From: Azolla caroliniana
Lineage: Eukaryota > Plantae > Polypodiophyta
Length of the DNA: 64,000 nucleotides
Direction: 5' to 3'
NCBI GenBank assembly: GCA_043228905.1
Contig: JBHGNT010000013.1
Span: forward strand, 16,988,001-17,052,000
Position 1 is the stretch's first letter. Every line of letters begins with the position of its first letter. Made by a program: the position numbers and the translations under genes. This document shows positions 49,598 through 64,000 of this stretch, piece by piece. The notes under the pieces are model-generated. The model did not search any database and was not told the origin of the DNA. It saw only the letters and a list, made by a program, of their open reading frames with translations.

Positions 49598-52500
49598 ATG
49601 ATCGCTGCCGTGTGCTGGGTCCCCCGAGGCGCTGCCAAACCTGTTCCCCAATCCGTCGATCCTCCCTCTGCTCAAGAGATCCAAGACCTTCTGCTTCAGC
49701 ATCAGTTGGAGGAAGAGGATGGAGACGAAGAAGGAGAAGCGACTGCAGACATAGCCTCCACGTACTCTTTCTTTCCACAATTTTTTTAATTTTTTAATTT
49801 TGCTGAATTTAATGTGTTTCAACATGTTGGCGTTCCTTCTTCTTGAATGCTGTCTTTTTCATCGGTGAACATAGATGTGTTATATATAGATAATTAATAT
49901 GGAGTAACTTTTGTTTTCAATATACCATTTTCTGTTTCTTATGATGATTTTGCTTCTTCTATAATAATACCTCTCAGCCATATACCTCACTTCTTGAAGT
50001 CATTTGCATCATCTCATCAGTCTAACATTCTTCCTGTTCAATATGTCAAGAAATTCGAAAGCTTTAGATGGTTTGTCAAGTGCTGTCTGTAATAGGCTAT
50101 AGAAGGTCCAAGAAACTTCCAGTTTGAGAAATCAATTTGAGCTTCACCTCATTGTTATGATGGGAAAAATGCGTAAATAGCGAAGTACAAATAACCCACC
50201 TGAAGGCATGTTATCTCTACCCAATTCATCTATCATATTTGAAGTGTAACTATGTTAATTATCCAATCAAAACTTGTGCACAGTACAAACAACCCACCTG
50301 GAGGCATTTTACCTCTACCTAATTCATCTAACATATTTGAAGTCTAACTATGTTAATTATTCAATCAAAGCTTGTGCACAACAATCTTTGCTGAATCCGC
50401 TTAAAACTTGAGATCAAACCACTGACGATGCTCTAGCCCTTCAAATGTCAGTCAGAGAGATATGGGTTAATTTATCTGGTAGAAGAATAAAGAATAGCAC
50501 TATGATCAGAATAATGAATAGAATCACATCCCTGAATGTGGAAGGACAGCTGGATGCAAGTGCAAAAGGTTATTGTTCACCAAGTTGTCTGGTTTGGAGC
50601 TACAGGAGCGTGTACTCTTATCTATATGTATACATATTTGCTATTATAGATCTTCTAAAGATATGGAAGTCCACGTTTTTACCACCTTAAGCCATAACCT
50701 CAACTATATAACGCACATATGAAAAGCCTAAGTTTGCTGCCAACAAACATGCATCAACATATATCTGCATGTTTGTTCCAAAAATATGGAAACATTTTAT
50801 GGTTAAGGATAATTTACCCCAATTCAGACTCAAATGCAAAGCAGAGGAGTAGGAATAATATATCACGATGCATAGAGTTCCGTGTTTTAGATAATATAAA
50901 TATTTGATGGGATAGTTTTAATGAGTAGTAGAAAAGATATTCCTTTTTGTAGGATCTTGAAGTTAAGTTTTTCGAGCATGAATGATAATCACTAGTTTCC
51001 ATTGATTTGTAAATTCAGTTGAAAAGTGATTGAAATCTTGTAGTCATTGTCTAATGGCCTTCCGACTGTGATGATGCCCTTCTCAAACTATTGAACCAGT
51101 GGAGATGAATATAGTATGGTGGCTGAAGAAGAGAATCCTGTGTCGACTGCATTAGCTGCTGCACGTGCTCTTGGAGGGAATGTAAAACCTGATGCACGAC
51201 TAGATGGACTTGCTGCTGGTCTTGCTGAGCTGGATATGGATAACTATGATAACGAGGATGAAAGTAAATTGCTTCATCATAAATAATGTCTTTCTGTATT
51301 ATGTAGAATGTTGTGATAGTTATTTGTTCTTGCAGGTATTGAGTTATTTGGAAATGGGGGACTAGGTGGTGCCTATTATCAAACCAATGATGAAGACCCT
51401 TATCTTACAAATAAAGATGTAATATAATGATGCATTTTTTCTTTCTGATATCAACCTCTGTTAATCTGTCTCGTCTTATTTCATAAATTACTAAACATTC
51501 ATGAGATTTTGAGGTTCTGCTTTCAATTCAAAAAATTATTGAACAAATTGGAGGGTTTGTTTGATTCATAAAACAGTGGTATACCAAATACGTTCATCTT
51601 ATAAATTACATTATCAAATAGACATATAAACGTTGAAATAATTTTATGTTATAAACATTTAAGGATTTTTGTTAGAGCAACCCCACATTGTTCAACTTGT
51701 GATTATCAAATAGAAGTATATATTTTTTAGTATAACTTGTTATTATTGGTGTGTTTTCTTGAACTTGTAATGATGTGATTTGACTCTTAGAAATGTCCGA
51801 GTTAAATTTATATTTTGCTAAATGTGGTGTAAAAAATATATGCATGTTGACTCCATTTCAGAGTGAAGATGAGGAAGAAATAGAGGATATGACAATAAAT
51901 CCAACGGATTTAATCTTGTTGACAGCTCGGAATGAGGACGATGTTAGCCACCTTGAGGTGTGTCAATGTAACCAAATTCTTTAGTGGTAGATGTATAGGC
52001 ATTGGGATCTAATAATGCTGGATTTAGATGTGGGTTTATGAAGATACAACAGAAGACGGTACAGAAAACATGTATGTTCATCATGATATAATGTTACCAG
52101 CTTTTCCGTTGACTGTATCTTGGCTTGATTGTGATCCTAGAGGAGGTGAAAAGGGTAATATTCTTTCTTTTTGAGGTCCTACCATTGGGGGTATAAAATG
52201 CTGACTACTGATCACGGTATCTCCTTACGTACAGGAAATTATGTTGCTGTGGGCACCATGCAACCAAGTATTGAGATATGGGACCTTGATATAGTACGTA
52301 AGTTCTTTTTACATAGTATGATATTTCTTTTAGTTTTTGTGTGGAATCTTGTCTATAGGAAGGCTAGAACAATCAGGAATTTGATTAAAGAAGTATCTCC
52401 AAGTGTTTATAAAGAACATCTAGAAGAATATCAAATATTTCTCTGGAAATTATGGAAATTTACAATTCAGTTCATTTGTATCCAAGGAAGGTTTGTCCTG

Positions 52501-55500
52501 TGAGACAAACACTAAAAAAGACAAGCTATCTTCTTTTTGCTGGCAAGTTAAGTAGCTGAATATGGTGATTGTGTTCCCTTGACAGTTGGATGCCGTGGAG
52601 CCAGTTGTGGTGCTTGGGGGATATAAAGAACCATCTGCAAGGAAAAGCAAAGGAAAGAAGAAAAAGAGCAAGGTTCTTGTCTAAAATTAAAAACACTGAT
52701 TCTAATGTACTTTGCTTGTGAGAAGATAAATCCAATGAACAATGACGAGTAATGCTATTGTAAACACATATATGATATCAGAATAATTACGTTTGACATG
52801 GATATTATGGTTTTATTTCTTGGAGATATTCATGTAAAGTGAGTGCAACTGAGAAAATTATGCATTTTATATCTCTGACAAAATTACAGTACCAATGAAG
52901 ACTGCAGATCATCACCACAAGAAGGTTTCCGTCCTGTTGTCAACAGCTTATAGGACTCGGACATGGTTGATATAACAGTAGATCTTCAAGAGATACCCAT
53001 ATCAATACAGGGGACTAATCTTAGCACACATTTAAAAATACTTGGTAAGGTTCCATGGTTAATGAATAAACCAAAACCTATCACTACAAGAAGGCTTCCA
53101 TCCATTGTTAGCAGCTCGGCCAGAACCAAATGCAGTTAAGCATTAAGATTGTGAATAATTTGCAGCCAGCTGTACATTTCTTTTAAGGCATGAACCCTTT
53201 TTATGCAATAACATCTTTAGAACTTCAGAGGAAACAAAAACTAAGCACTCAGGTTGAACATCAAAGATGGAACAATGAGCTATGACCTTTCAGAGTTGTC
53301 CCGATTGTGTTCCTTCCTGATTTCAATGTAATTTATTTCTTAATCCGAAGTGTCATAAATAGAGTATGAGACTACGTGGTGTATGATAGCACAAATAAAA
53401 TTGGCTCTAGACAAGTTCTGAAAGGAACTCAAGCTAATTTCTTTTTTATCTGAAGTTTGGTTATTACGATACAGCTGTCTCAACACAAAAACAAGGGCAT
53501 TACATGGAATGTGTGTCCACTGTTAGTGATGTTTTGAAATAGCAATAGATTGAGCCTTGAGCTAAAAAAGAAAACCTACTAATCAACTTACACATACCTT
53601 AGGTTCAGTCATGCAAGGGGGTGCCCAATTATGTTTATTTTGGGGTATCTAACCAACTGTCTTGAGCAATCTGGAAAATGCATATGCATTGTAAATATTG
53701 GTTGATAGTCTAAATGAATTTGCACATACACTTTTCAAGTAATGGAACTGTGGACATTGTTATTCAATGATGCATTCTTTCACAGACAAATTTATTAATG
53801 TTTCATTCCTTTCTTGAATTTGAGCAGGCACCAAAATTGTTGGAAGGCAGCCATTCAGATGCTGTTCTTGGTTTAGCATGGAATAATGAATACAGGTGAG
53901 TATGGTCCTTTTCATCTTTATGGGAGCTACATCTTACTCCTAGAAAATTTGATGTAAGGACGTCTATATTGCAGGAATGTCTTAGCAAGTGCAAGTGCCG
54001 ATACTTCCATCAAAATATGGGATATTGTAACTCAAAAATGCGAGCATACGATTACCTGTCATTCTGATAAGGTTTAATGTTAATATAAAAATGGGGCAAT
54101 TTGTAATAAATTTGAGGCATCTCTTTCTAGAGCTTAAAATGAGGCTTTCAATTGGAAATCCAGATTCATTGTCTTAAAATTGTGTCTTAAAATGAGGCTT
54201 TCAATTCCAGGTATCTCATACATTGTGAATACTGTTCAGCTTTTTGAGTCTCTATGATTCTCCTCTATAGGTTCAAGCTGTAGCATGGAATATACATGAA
54301 CACACAGTTTTGCTCAGTGGATCTTTTGACCGCACTGTCTCATTGGTATGTTCACTTACAAGTAAATTTTGCCCTCAACTTCATGTTTCTCTGCTGGTTT
54401 TGATACTATCCTTATACAGATGGATATGCGAGATCCAACAAACCAAGGCACCAAATGGAATGTTTCTGCAGATGTAGAATGCATTGCTTGGGATCCACAC
54501 ACGTCTCATTCTTTTGTGGTAAGCTCAGGAAAGAATCATCTTGTTCTATGTGATGGTGTTCACATATTTTTCTAAGATGGGAAGTTCTTTATTCTAGCCT
54601 GTTCTATTTTATTCTGATTTGATGGTGGAGAACTATTGCATGCACATGCATTAGCTCCATTAGGAGTTATAAACAATCATTATTAAAACCATAGTACGTA
54701 ATATATGCATTCGGTTGCTCAAACATTGGTTTTCATACGTTGGCAAATGAATGCATATATTATCCAAACATTCATATGTTTATTTTTTCACTTACTTTTC
54801 TTTTTGCTCACAGAGTAGCAAAGTTGCAAACGTTCTGCACAGTTAAAATATGGAAATCTGTATCATCTCTTGCCATTGCTCGCATAGTATATCATATACT
54901 GCTACTCAAAAAAGCCTGAGATCTTTTCTCACTAACCACAACGTGATTGATCTTTTCTCTCGAATCCCTGTGATATTCACTTTGTGCAATCCTCTTTGAT
55001 AATTAGTGTGGGGTTTATTGTTTGTTGAACACCGTGATCTTTTTCTCTAATCACTGAGATCATTATCAATGAAATTTCTGTGGTATTCCTTACTAATTGT
55101 AGTGATTTTATCTAGCAGATTACAGGTGACCTATTCTCTCTAATCACGACTAATAATTGCACTGATATTTATAACTAATCACTTTGATCTTTTTCAGCTA
55201 ATCACTGAGATTTGCTTTTGCTAGTCATAGTGCTTTTCTTGCTAATATTTTCCCGTAGTCACTGTGACATTTTCCCATTAATAGTTCTGACCTTCTCTGG
55301 TTAGTCCAAGTGATATTTTCTCATCTCACAAGGTGCTCTGATATTTTTAATCACTGAGTTAACCCTAGTACTGACGAAACCCTACCGCAAGAATCATGAT
55401 AACAATAGTCTCTCTCGTCCAATCCCTCCATCTCAATGCTTTTAAAGTAAAGAAATCACAAAACTTGAAATAGATGTCTGTTTTTCTCAACTTCTGAGAT

Positions 55501-57063
55501 CTGGCCATGCTGAATTCCTCTCAGATATGGCTCCCTTTTTCTGTCTATTTTGACAAAGACAGATAAAGGAAATTTTCTTTTCTTCCCCTATTAGCTGAGA
55601 GAGAGATTTTCCTCTCGAATTATCAGAGAAAGATGCAGGGATCCAAAAGTAATTAATGAATCCAAAGTATGGTATTTACCATATTTGGAGGGTGTTTATC
55701 ATACTCAAATGATTGAAACATTCTCGAATGCAAATGCATGTGTGGTACGTATGGTTCATACTATGATTAAAACTAGACCTGGGACCAATTGTATGTGAAT
55801 AGTGTCGTCCTTGCATAATTTGGATACCTGAACCAGGGTTTATGGTGCCATAAGGGGCTACCCTTTTATGCATTTTGTATCCATTGTATTATCTGGACGC
55901 CAGATCCACCGTTTATGAAGATGTAAAAGGGCTCCCCACTCGTGCAACATCTATCAATTCTCTTATTTTCATCTCTTTTATTACACACTACTTACCCAAG
56001 GGTATTTGCTAGCCTCTTCTAGGCTCCTCATCAAACCAATGGGCTATGGCTGGAAATGTAAGGGGTTACCTTCTTGTGCATTTTTTATCCACTCTTGTTT
56101 TCATCTATTTTATTGCACATCCCTAACCCAATATATCTGCTAGCCCCTTTTAGGCTTGTCACCTAACCAATGAGCCGTTTGCCAGAAAGTTAGTCTCTAA
56201 TCTAGGCCTTGAATTGTGAATCTTAGCTAAATTTGTTTAACTGCTTTTGTTTGTGTATGATACCTTATTCAAGCGATCTTATCTTTTTGATGTTATAGGT
56301 GAGCTTGGAAGATGGCACAGTTTGTGGATACGATGTGAGAATTGTAGCATCTATGTCAGCTTCAGGTACTCCTGGCAAGAATGATAAGCCAGTATTCATG
56401 ATACATGCACATGACAAAGCAGTGTGTACAGTCTCATATAATATGACGGTTCCACATGTAAGAACGAATGTTCACTTAACTGGTTTGTACCTTTTGTATA
56501 ATCCATTTTTGAAACTTAAACAAGCTTGTATACTTCTGTCATGCAGATGCTGGCTACAGGCTCTACGGATAAGATGGTAAAGCAGAACTGAGTATTAGAA
56601 TATTCATGATTAGACCCAGGGTTCTGGGTCATTTTTTAATCTTCTTTTAATTGTGTTTATGCTAGGTGAAATTATGGGATATAAAAGATAACAAACCTAC
56701 ATGCATTTGCTCCAAAAATCCTAAAGTGGTATGCACCTTGTACTTTTGGATTTCCTTAAACCCATAGAAGTTTGATTCACCTTTTTCATTATTCTTCTTT
56801 TCCTAGGGTGCGGTTTTTACATCAGCTTTCGGCAAAGATTCACCCTTTTTGCTGGCCATTGGTGGATCCAAAGGAAATTTGAATGTCAGTTCTCTGATTG
56901 ACTTAGTTCCGTTCCTTGAGTTTAAAAATATGATATGCACATTGTTGATTACATTAGTTATTGTTCTTCATAGGTTTGGGATACACTCGCAGAAACTGAA
57001 GTAACAAAGCGGTTTGGCAGGTATGCGTCGAAGAAACCTCCCTCAAAATCAGAGGACTATTGA
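49598..57063 (+). CDS. PWP1: Periodic tryptophan protein 1 homolog (WD40). Exons 49598-49761, 51100-51263, 51336-51418, 51862-51957, 52028-52154, 52235-52293, 52586-52672, 53828-53895, 53975-54071, 54271-54345, 54420-54518, 56299-56457, 56547-56576, 56666-56728, 56807-56884, 56974-57063
   Basis: MIAAVCWVPRGAAK start, acidic region with LDMDNYD and DPYL, TDLILLTARNEDDVSHLE, MYVHHDIMLPAFPL, GNYVAVGTMQPSIEIWDLD, HSDAVLGLAWN, LASASADTSIKIWD, HSDKVQAVAWN, LLSGSFDR, LATGSTDKMVKLWD. GT-AG junctions are in frame. Confidence 0.94.
50184..50380. repeat. Tandem duplication, 2 x ~99 bp, in PWP1 intron 1
   Basis: GTACAAA.AACCCACCTG.AGGCAT.TTA.CTCTACC.AATTCATCTA.CATATTTGAAGT.TAACTATGTTAATTAT.CAATCAAA.CTTGTGCACA twice. 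Confidence 0.9.
54915..55358. repeat. Degenerate ~21-23 bp minisatellite in a PWP1 intron
   Basis: Recurring TGAT(C/A)TTTT.(C)TAATCACT-like units. Confidence 0.65.
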
Positions 57064-60023
57064 TTTAATCCTCAGTTACGAATTCTTATTACTGTTAACA
57101 GTTTTGTGGTTACTTTGCCTGACTTTCAAACTCATTGTATAAGAGCAATTTCTTTTAATACGATTTGAGTGTACAAATCATTGAGCTTTACTTTGTTTAC
57201 ATGTGTCCTCTTGTGACTTCTGTGAACATTCATTCAGCTTTTGAGGATTCCAATCGGATTAAATAATTAGTAGTGACATGATCAAGTTTTTGAGGATTTT
57301 TATTGTCAATCCAAAGTTTACCAAACTTCGTCTTGTTGAATATACTGATTACCATATCCCATCATTCCGAGTTCTTTTATTCTAAGACGTATCAAAGTTT
57401 TAGAGGGAATTTCAGGATTCAATATTTTACATGTAATATAAATGGAAAAATGAATGAAAGGTCAGAAGTATATACTGATGATATAAATGAAAAAAACGAA
57501 TTGCTGTACATATTGGAGTTGCTGAACAAGCATATCTATGTATTGAATATGTTGAGGTCTCAAATGGTTATAATTAAAAATAGTATAAAGTAAACATCAA
57601 TAAAGGATCGAAAAAAAAAAGATCAACTTTGAAATACGACAAAACATGTCATTCTGTTCAGAAGTGGAAAAGGTTAAAGAGTATTGGTATGTTTCGAAAC
57701 CAACCAGAGATTGAAGATCCTGTCAGAGGTGAATGCATGGGTTTTTAAAAAAAATTCTTGAAAAGGTATTTCCGACTTGTAAAGAATGTTTCTTGTGAGC
57801 ACACTTATGAAACACAACTATATGCATCTTTTTTAGTTGCTTGTATACTGCTCGTCATGTTGAGAGTTTAGAGTGGAATTTGCTTTATTGTATTTTTCAT
57901 CCCCATAAGGTAAATTGTTTTCTCTTTTCATGTGGTTGTTACTGTCTGGTTTTCGGAAAGATTGATTTCCTTTATAAGCTTTGTGGTATAGTGAGCATAT
58001 CATATTAAGGACAATATCTTTCCTAGCATTATATTTTCAATTGACATGTATATCAAGGATACAATGATATCACGAAAACTAGCACGAACAAGTGTTTCTT
58101 TAAGCATTGTATTGTCTTTAACATTTTAACATCTTGTATTTTAACATTTTGTTGAGGCTTCCCATTAACACTTAATTTATTCCATAATATAAGGTGATGG
58201 TTTACATGCATGCATTTTGGAAGGGTTCGTTGGCTCAATGGGTTGTGACAAATGTCCAATTTTACACAATTTTGTGGTGGCCACAAATAATGAAAGATAT
58301 CATGCAAGCAAGGAATAAATTGTATTTGTTATGAGATATATTTGTTAGTGGGCATATTGTGACGATTACGATTGCTGCTATGTCACATTGGTAGAATGAC
58401 TTTTTACAAAAGGTGATGATAGTTAATGGACTATGATTGGGGGCTACGAAAAAGTGGTTGTATAAGAGTGCACAAGGTAGTGACATATGTAAGGTCATAA
58501 TGCATGTTAGATTTGTCTTTTAGAGGGTAAAGAAATTTGTGGTTTTTGCTTGTTGTTTTGTGGAAAACAATATATGCGTTAGATTTTGCAATAAATGAAC
58601 ACAAAATTCAATGCTCAATTTGAAGTCATGCCATGATGTTCCATAGTACAAGTTTTATCACTATTTGTCCAAGATGCAAATATGCATTTGGGCTCAAAAA
58701 GAGGACCAGGTTGAAACAAGACATCAACTTAAACTAAAGTTGTTGTCATGTCAGCTTTGCGCTGTGGAAACTTTGACCGTGATCAAAACTTATGCAATGC
58801 ATTTATTGAAAGGAAGAAGTTCATATTGTGTCTTTAACTTTGAACCAAAACATCGTCCATGATGGTGGTTTGTGTTAACTTGGTCTTCTGAATCAGCCAA
58901 AATTGATGTTTTGCTTCAACTTTGACCATAGGCCCAAGGTGGTGGTGTTTTATAGACTTCAATTGTGGTCAAAAGATAAATTTGGCTTAACAAAGAGGAC
59001 CAAGTTTGAGCCAAATTGATGATTTGCAACAACTTGATGTCATTATCTTGCTTGTATTTTTCTACTTTGTTTGGGGTTTATCTACAAAGAACAAATCACA
59101 TGTCTTGTAAATCATACACTAAATATATTTTCGGTTTAAGGATGGAGATGGTTTAGTCCGTTGTATAAATTTTGTTAGAAAGAAAAAGTTCTAACCCATG
59201 GTCTTATTTTAGTGGTTCTACTAGAAATTGGTTAGAGATACACGGGATAAGATAGAATAGGAGCATGATATTTACTATTTAGCATCTATGGTTGTTTGAT
59301 ATAACGTGGATGTTCTTAGCTAATTGAAATGTAGGTTTCATGACTGCAATTGAAAAAGAATTCTTGTCAAATTGTAAATGCTTAAGTGTTCCATTTTGTA
59401 TCATAATTTACATATAGCCTGACATCTTCAAATTAATATGAATATGGCCTTGGATTATGAATATAGTACGCAAGAAATTACTCTTTTCCCAAAGTAGGAT
59501 CATTTAAGTATTTTTTTATTATTTGAAGATTTACCTAGTTAGTATTCAAACGTGTTGATGCATCTACACGAATGATGTGATTTCAGAAGGCACAATTAAC
59601 GATTGATTACCCCCACACAAAAAGTGATATGTTATTCATGTATAGAAATCTTGTCCAGAGGGCTAAGGGTACAAACAAACCCTTGTTACATTTGCCATGG
59701 TGTCATCTTGGCCATTGACGAATATGAAAAGTTGGATGAGCATATGACATCAAATATATGTAACCAAATAGTAGGGAAGTCGTGAAACTTTGTTGATGAG
59801 AGAGAGAGAGAGTCATTGTCTTCTAATAATGAATAGAGTGCCGACTATATTGAACTCTCACCCTTGCTTGCTTCTTATAAACATATAGGTCACTTGCATA
59901 TCAACCTCACTTATGAAGTCTCAAGATATCATTGTCTTCAAGAGGCCAATAATATGATCTATGCATGTGTTACATCCTATACTCAAACATGGGGCAAATA
60001 TATGTGCTTACAACTGATGGCTT

Positions 60024-60064
<41 letters not shown>

Positions 60065-60069
<5 letters not shown>

Positions 60070-60400
60070 AATGGGAAATTGCTTATTTTCCTTGGTCAAA
60101 TGGAAGATAGTACTCATTTTTTTATACAATGTCTGATTGCTTGTCAAATTTGGAGTTACATTTCTCAAATTTGGCAAGTTTTATCATGATGTTATTTGAT
60201 AGTTAGATAGTGGATGTTTGCACAACTTACACTGGTTGACCCAAAATCAGAGATGGCGATTGTTTTCCTTTTTCTAAGGAATTGAGATATGCGCGATGCG
60301 TTTGTATTTGATGGTAGGTATGGAGTGAAAGTATATCTATGAAAGTTGAAGGAAATACTAATATGGCAATTTTCTTTATTGGAGCAAATGGAAATTCTCC
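60065..60400 (+). mobile_element. Decayed L1-type LINE 3' remnant (zf-RVT-like region)
   Basis: Translation ..MEDSTHFFIQCLIACQIWSYISQIW..* and later *DMRDAFVFDG resemble the E..HxFxxC..AxxIW and W..RN..VF motifs at the end of plant L1 ORF2; multiple stops. Confidence 0.55.
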
Positions 60401-62949
60401 TCAATGGAGTGTTCGTCTTGCCTATTGGCAATTCAACATGTTCCACTACCCATGTAGTTAGTGGGTGACCACAATCCATTGTCAATAGTGTTTTTAACAC
60501 AAATTTATTTATATAATTGTGTGTTTTCACCAACACACACACACACACACAAAGCTTTATCACATTTAAGATATTACACAATTCATGTTTTACTCATAAT
60601 TTTCTTATTGTTTAGTTGCTAGGCTTAAACAAACATACAATTCTAGTTGGACGCACTTTCGAAATGTTTTCATTCAAGAAGCACTTCAACTCCGCGGACT
60701 TGGGAAGTTATTTGTTTTCCATTTTCTTAAATCTTGGCAATTATGTCATAATTGTTGGACATAATGCATTCTTGTTTTATAGTCATTATAGTGGTCATAG
60801 ACAATACCCATATATTGAAAGGATTCTTTTGATTGGATACATGACATGAAAGTTGCATTTAACTGGCCATTTGTCATCATAATAACGATAGTTTTTCATT
60901 GCGGTTTGTTATATCAATCACATTGCTTTTTTGTGGCACTTGTAATGGATATAGTGTTAGGTTTTTAAAAGAAAGAACGAGAGATCGTGTTATGAAGAAA
61001 TTGGTGATTGTCAATCACTCATGGTTGATATGACTAAGTGTGGGAAGTTTATTTTAAACAAGTTTGTTTTTGTTATCTTACACTAAGGTCAAGAGTAACA
61101 AGAATGCACACCCAAAACTTATGGTTTCAAGCCAAAGTAGCAATCTAAAATTTCAATTATGCATCATCCCTTGATCATTGTAATGGGCAGTTGTTTGTCT
61201 CGTTAGGATTCAGTTAAATTTGATTCATGAGATGATTATCGCAAGCCTACTAATTTTTCATTGCTCTCTTGATTAAGGAAATATGTTACTAAATGGGTTT
61301 AAAGTTGTTTGGTTTTGATGTGAATATGTTGATGTATTGAGTTAGAACAAAAAGCATCATTGACAGTTACATTGAGAAAGTAATTGAATACACTTCAAAT
61401 CAAGTATCTCAATTCATATGCTCATAGAGTGTTTTAATACATTGTGAATAAGGTAATTTACATGTCATCGAAATATTGCTTTCAATCGTACATGTTTTTA
61501 TGAAAACCGTAGCGATGGACCAAACAAGCCAAGGATGCATGAAATAAATATGAGCAAAGTGGAGAAGATTATGCTCGTAAGTTGCCAACATTAAATCCGA
61601 GGAACCATTGTTTTGGTGTTGAGTTTTCTTTAATGAAAGAGCAAGAGAATTTTATTGGCACCACCCAATGATTCATGCAATCTTAGTTGATTGAACATGC
61701 AATTCTAAAATGTGAATGGGTGATTGAATTGCAAGTATAACTACCCTACGGTGTAGGACATCAATCTAGTCATCACCTACCAGTAGACCTTTGACTCATT
61801 ATCGAACCAAGGTTCAAGTCAATTTACACCATATTCTCATTGTTGAAAGGCAAATCGAGTTGCATGTAATAACTGATATAATTTGCTCATATTTGGCATT
61901 TTGACTTTGCGCCATATTCACGTGCTCATACACAATATAGAATTGTCAGCAATGTTGCATGATTTATGACCGATTTTAATATTTATATTTATCATCGATG
62001 CCTAATACTTGCATGCCTACCCATACACACCTATAGAGTGACCTATCAAACTAAGTGTGCCATGGCAGGAGACGGAGCGATGGCAAATAAGTGAGAGAAA
62101 CACATTAGCACAAACCCAAGGATATATACGAAGGTAAGTAGAGGCGCAAACACATTGTATTGGTCGCATCCATGTCCGAGCATGACAACATGTGTGTGCA
62201 AGCTCACCAAGGGTTCCATCCAAACCATTGTCAACAACGTCTGTAGTCTTTGGAAGTGCTTATAATATTGTGTGTGTGGTCCTTCATTTACACAACCCAC
62301 AAAAAATTACTAGAAAGTGAAAGAAAGAGAAGAAACGTTTGGAGAGAGGGGGGGGGAGGATTGGAACAAATGGAGGTGACACTGAAGTTTTCTTGTTGTA
62401 TGCACGAAATGAGGTCGGTCATTCGGCACGACACAGAATTTGTTTCGTATCGCTTTTCTTTTTTCTTTTTTCTTTTTTTTTTTTGCAACTGCCCACAAAA
62501 ACCTAGACCCCAAAGTTGGGCCACTTCCCTTCCTCACTCGCCTCGCTCCAACCAGGGAAGGCATGCATAAAGGCGAGGGGGGGTGAGAGATGGGGGAAAC
62601 AGAAAGAGTATGAGTGTATGTATGTATGTATGTATGTATGTATGTGTGAGCAGGAGGAGGAGGCAGGCCGAGGCAGAGGAATTGTCGTCGGATAAGGTAA
62701 AAGGGAGAGATGTTTGTTTACTAAGCGCTAGTTTTGTTGGTGTTAGTGTCTGGTGTCTGGTATGGTGTGGTGTGGTCCCAAGAGAGGGGGGGGGGGTGCT
62801 TTATGCTTCATTCATTCATTCATTCTATGGAGGAGGAGATCCCATCCTCCTGGGTTCAAAACCTGAGAAGAACATGAAGAGAATGACTTAAGTATTTTGT
62901 GTATGCTTTTTCTTGTTTGTGTTTTGTGTTTGTATGTGGAATCATCACA

Positions 62950-63017
62950 GATCAAAACAGAACAGAAAAAGAGACATGAGACATGTTTAAAGGAAGGGCA
63001 GAGAAACAGAGAAACAG

Positions 63018-63058
<41 letters not shown>

Positions 63059-63134
63059 TTGGGTGCTTTGCTTTGCTTGCTTTGGTGTACATACAAGGAT
63101 TGTGACACAGTATATAAAACAAAATACCACCAGA

Positions 63135-63166
<32 letters not shown>

Positions 63167-64000
63167 CAGCAGCAGCAGCAACAGTAATAAACAAAAAGGA
63201 CAACAACAATTCGCAAATATGAGTGTGGAGGAAAGAGAAAGGAAGAGAAAGAGAGGGGGAGAGGAAAGGAGAAGCAATGGATTTTGATGCCTGTATACAG
63301 AAGGAAAGGCAGCTTTATTTTCCTTTTCTCTCTTTCTCTTTGTTTGTATTCCAGGCACGACGCACCCATTGGAGCTGCAGCAGAGCTGAAAGAATAATAA
63401 TAGTAATAGTAAATACTACTACCCGATGAGAAATCACAAATGAATGACCTGTGAGTGCGCTATCTTTTTCTCTTCCTTCACTTTTTTCTTTTTTCTTTTT
63501 TTGCTTCCTCCTCCTCCTCCTCCTTCTTTCCTTCATTTTTTTACTCCTCCCCTACCCTCCATTTTTGATGGGTTCTTGTTTTCCTTTTCTTTATTTTTTT
63601 CTTTCATGGAATTTTGTCTTTAGTTTTTTTCCGCTCCCTGAGGTTTGTTTTCTTTATTTTGGCTGGGTTTTTGTGCGAAATCATTTTTACTTTTTTGGGG
63701 ATTTTTTTTTTTTTTTTTTTTTTTTGTGGGGCATTCATTTTGCTTTCTCTTCTTGTTGGGTGTGGTTTTGATTTCGATTTCTTTTATTTTTTTATTTTTT
63801 AAATTTAAATTATCTAAATTGTTTTTTGGGGTGGGTTCTTACTTACCCTTTGGCACCAGATTTACCTGGTTTGCTTCTTGTTGTCTTTTGATTCCAGTCT
63901 CATCTAATTTTTGGTGAAGAACTTCTTTTGGTTTAATCCTCTAATAAGTTTTTTAACTTTCTGCACGAATCTTCTCTGCCCTCTCTCATTCAAGGGAAAT
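62950..64000 (+). promoter_or_regulatory. Probable promoter / 5'UTR exon and start of the first intron of a gene beyond the window
   Basis: GA tracts, TATATAAA at ~63111, purine-rich leader, GTGAGT donor-like site at 63451 followed by a very T-rich tract resembling the intron-like sequence at 1-300. Confidence 0.45.

Noticed and set aside
53082-53092. CACTACAAGAA, like a CACTA transposon terminus
   Set aside because: No matching inverted terminus or 3-bp TSD was seen; it is part of a short local duplication with ~52913.
62250-63917. Many overlapping ORFs rich in F/L/S or E/R
   Set aside because: Artefacts of GA, CT and poly-T low-complexity tracts.

Overview
Eukaryotic land-plant genomic DNA, AT-rich with spliceosomal introns and many GA/CA microsatellites; a fern or other non-seed plant is a guess from sequence style only. 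I reconstructed seven intron-containing genes by hand: a D6PK-like AGCVIII kinase (+), a 14-exon DExH RNA helicase with two N-terminal dsRBD-like motifs (-), an NHL/LEA_2-type membrane protein (+), a ZNF593/BUD20 homolog whose first coding intron is a U12 AT-AC intron (-), granule-bound starch synthase GBSS/Waxy with a dense G-box/ABRE promoter cluster (+), a ~1500-aa ICR/WEB-like coiled-coil protein with internal 14-aa and 28-aa repeats (+), and PWP1 (+). Mobile DNA comprises a deleted chromoviral Ty3/Gypsy element, a related solo-LTR-like copy, a 291-bp hAT-type MITE with an 8-bp TSD and a LINE remnant, plus several local tandem or inverted duplications. There are no prokaryotic systems or CRISPR arrays. 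All identifications rest on motif recognition; no database search was run.
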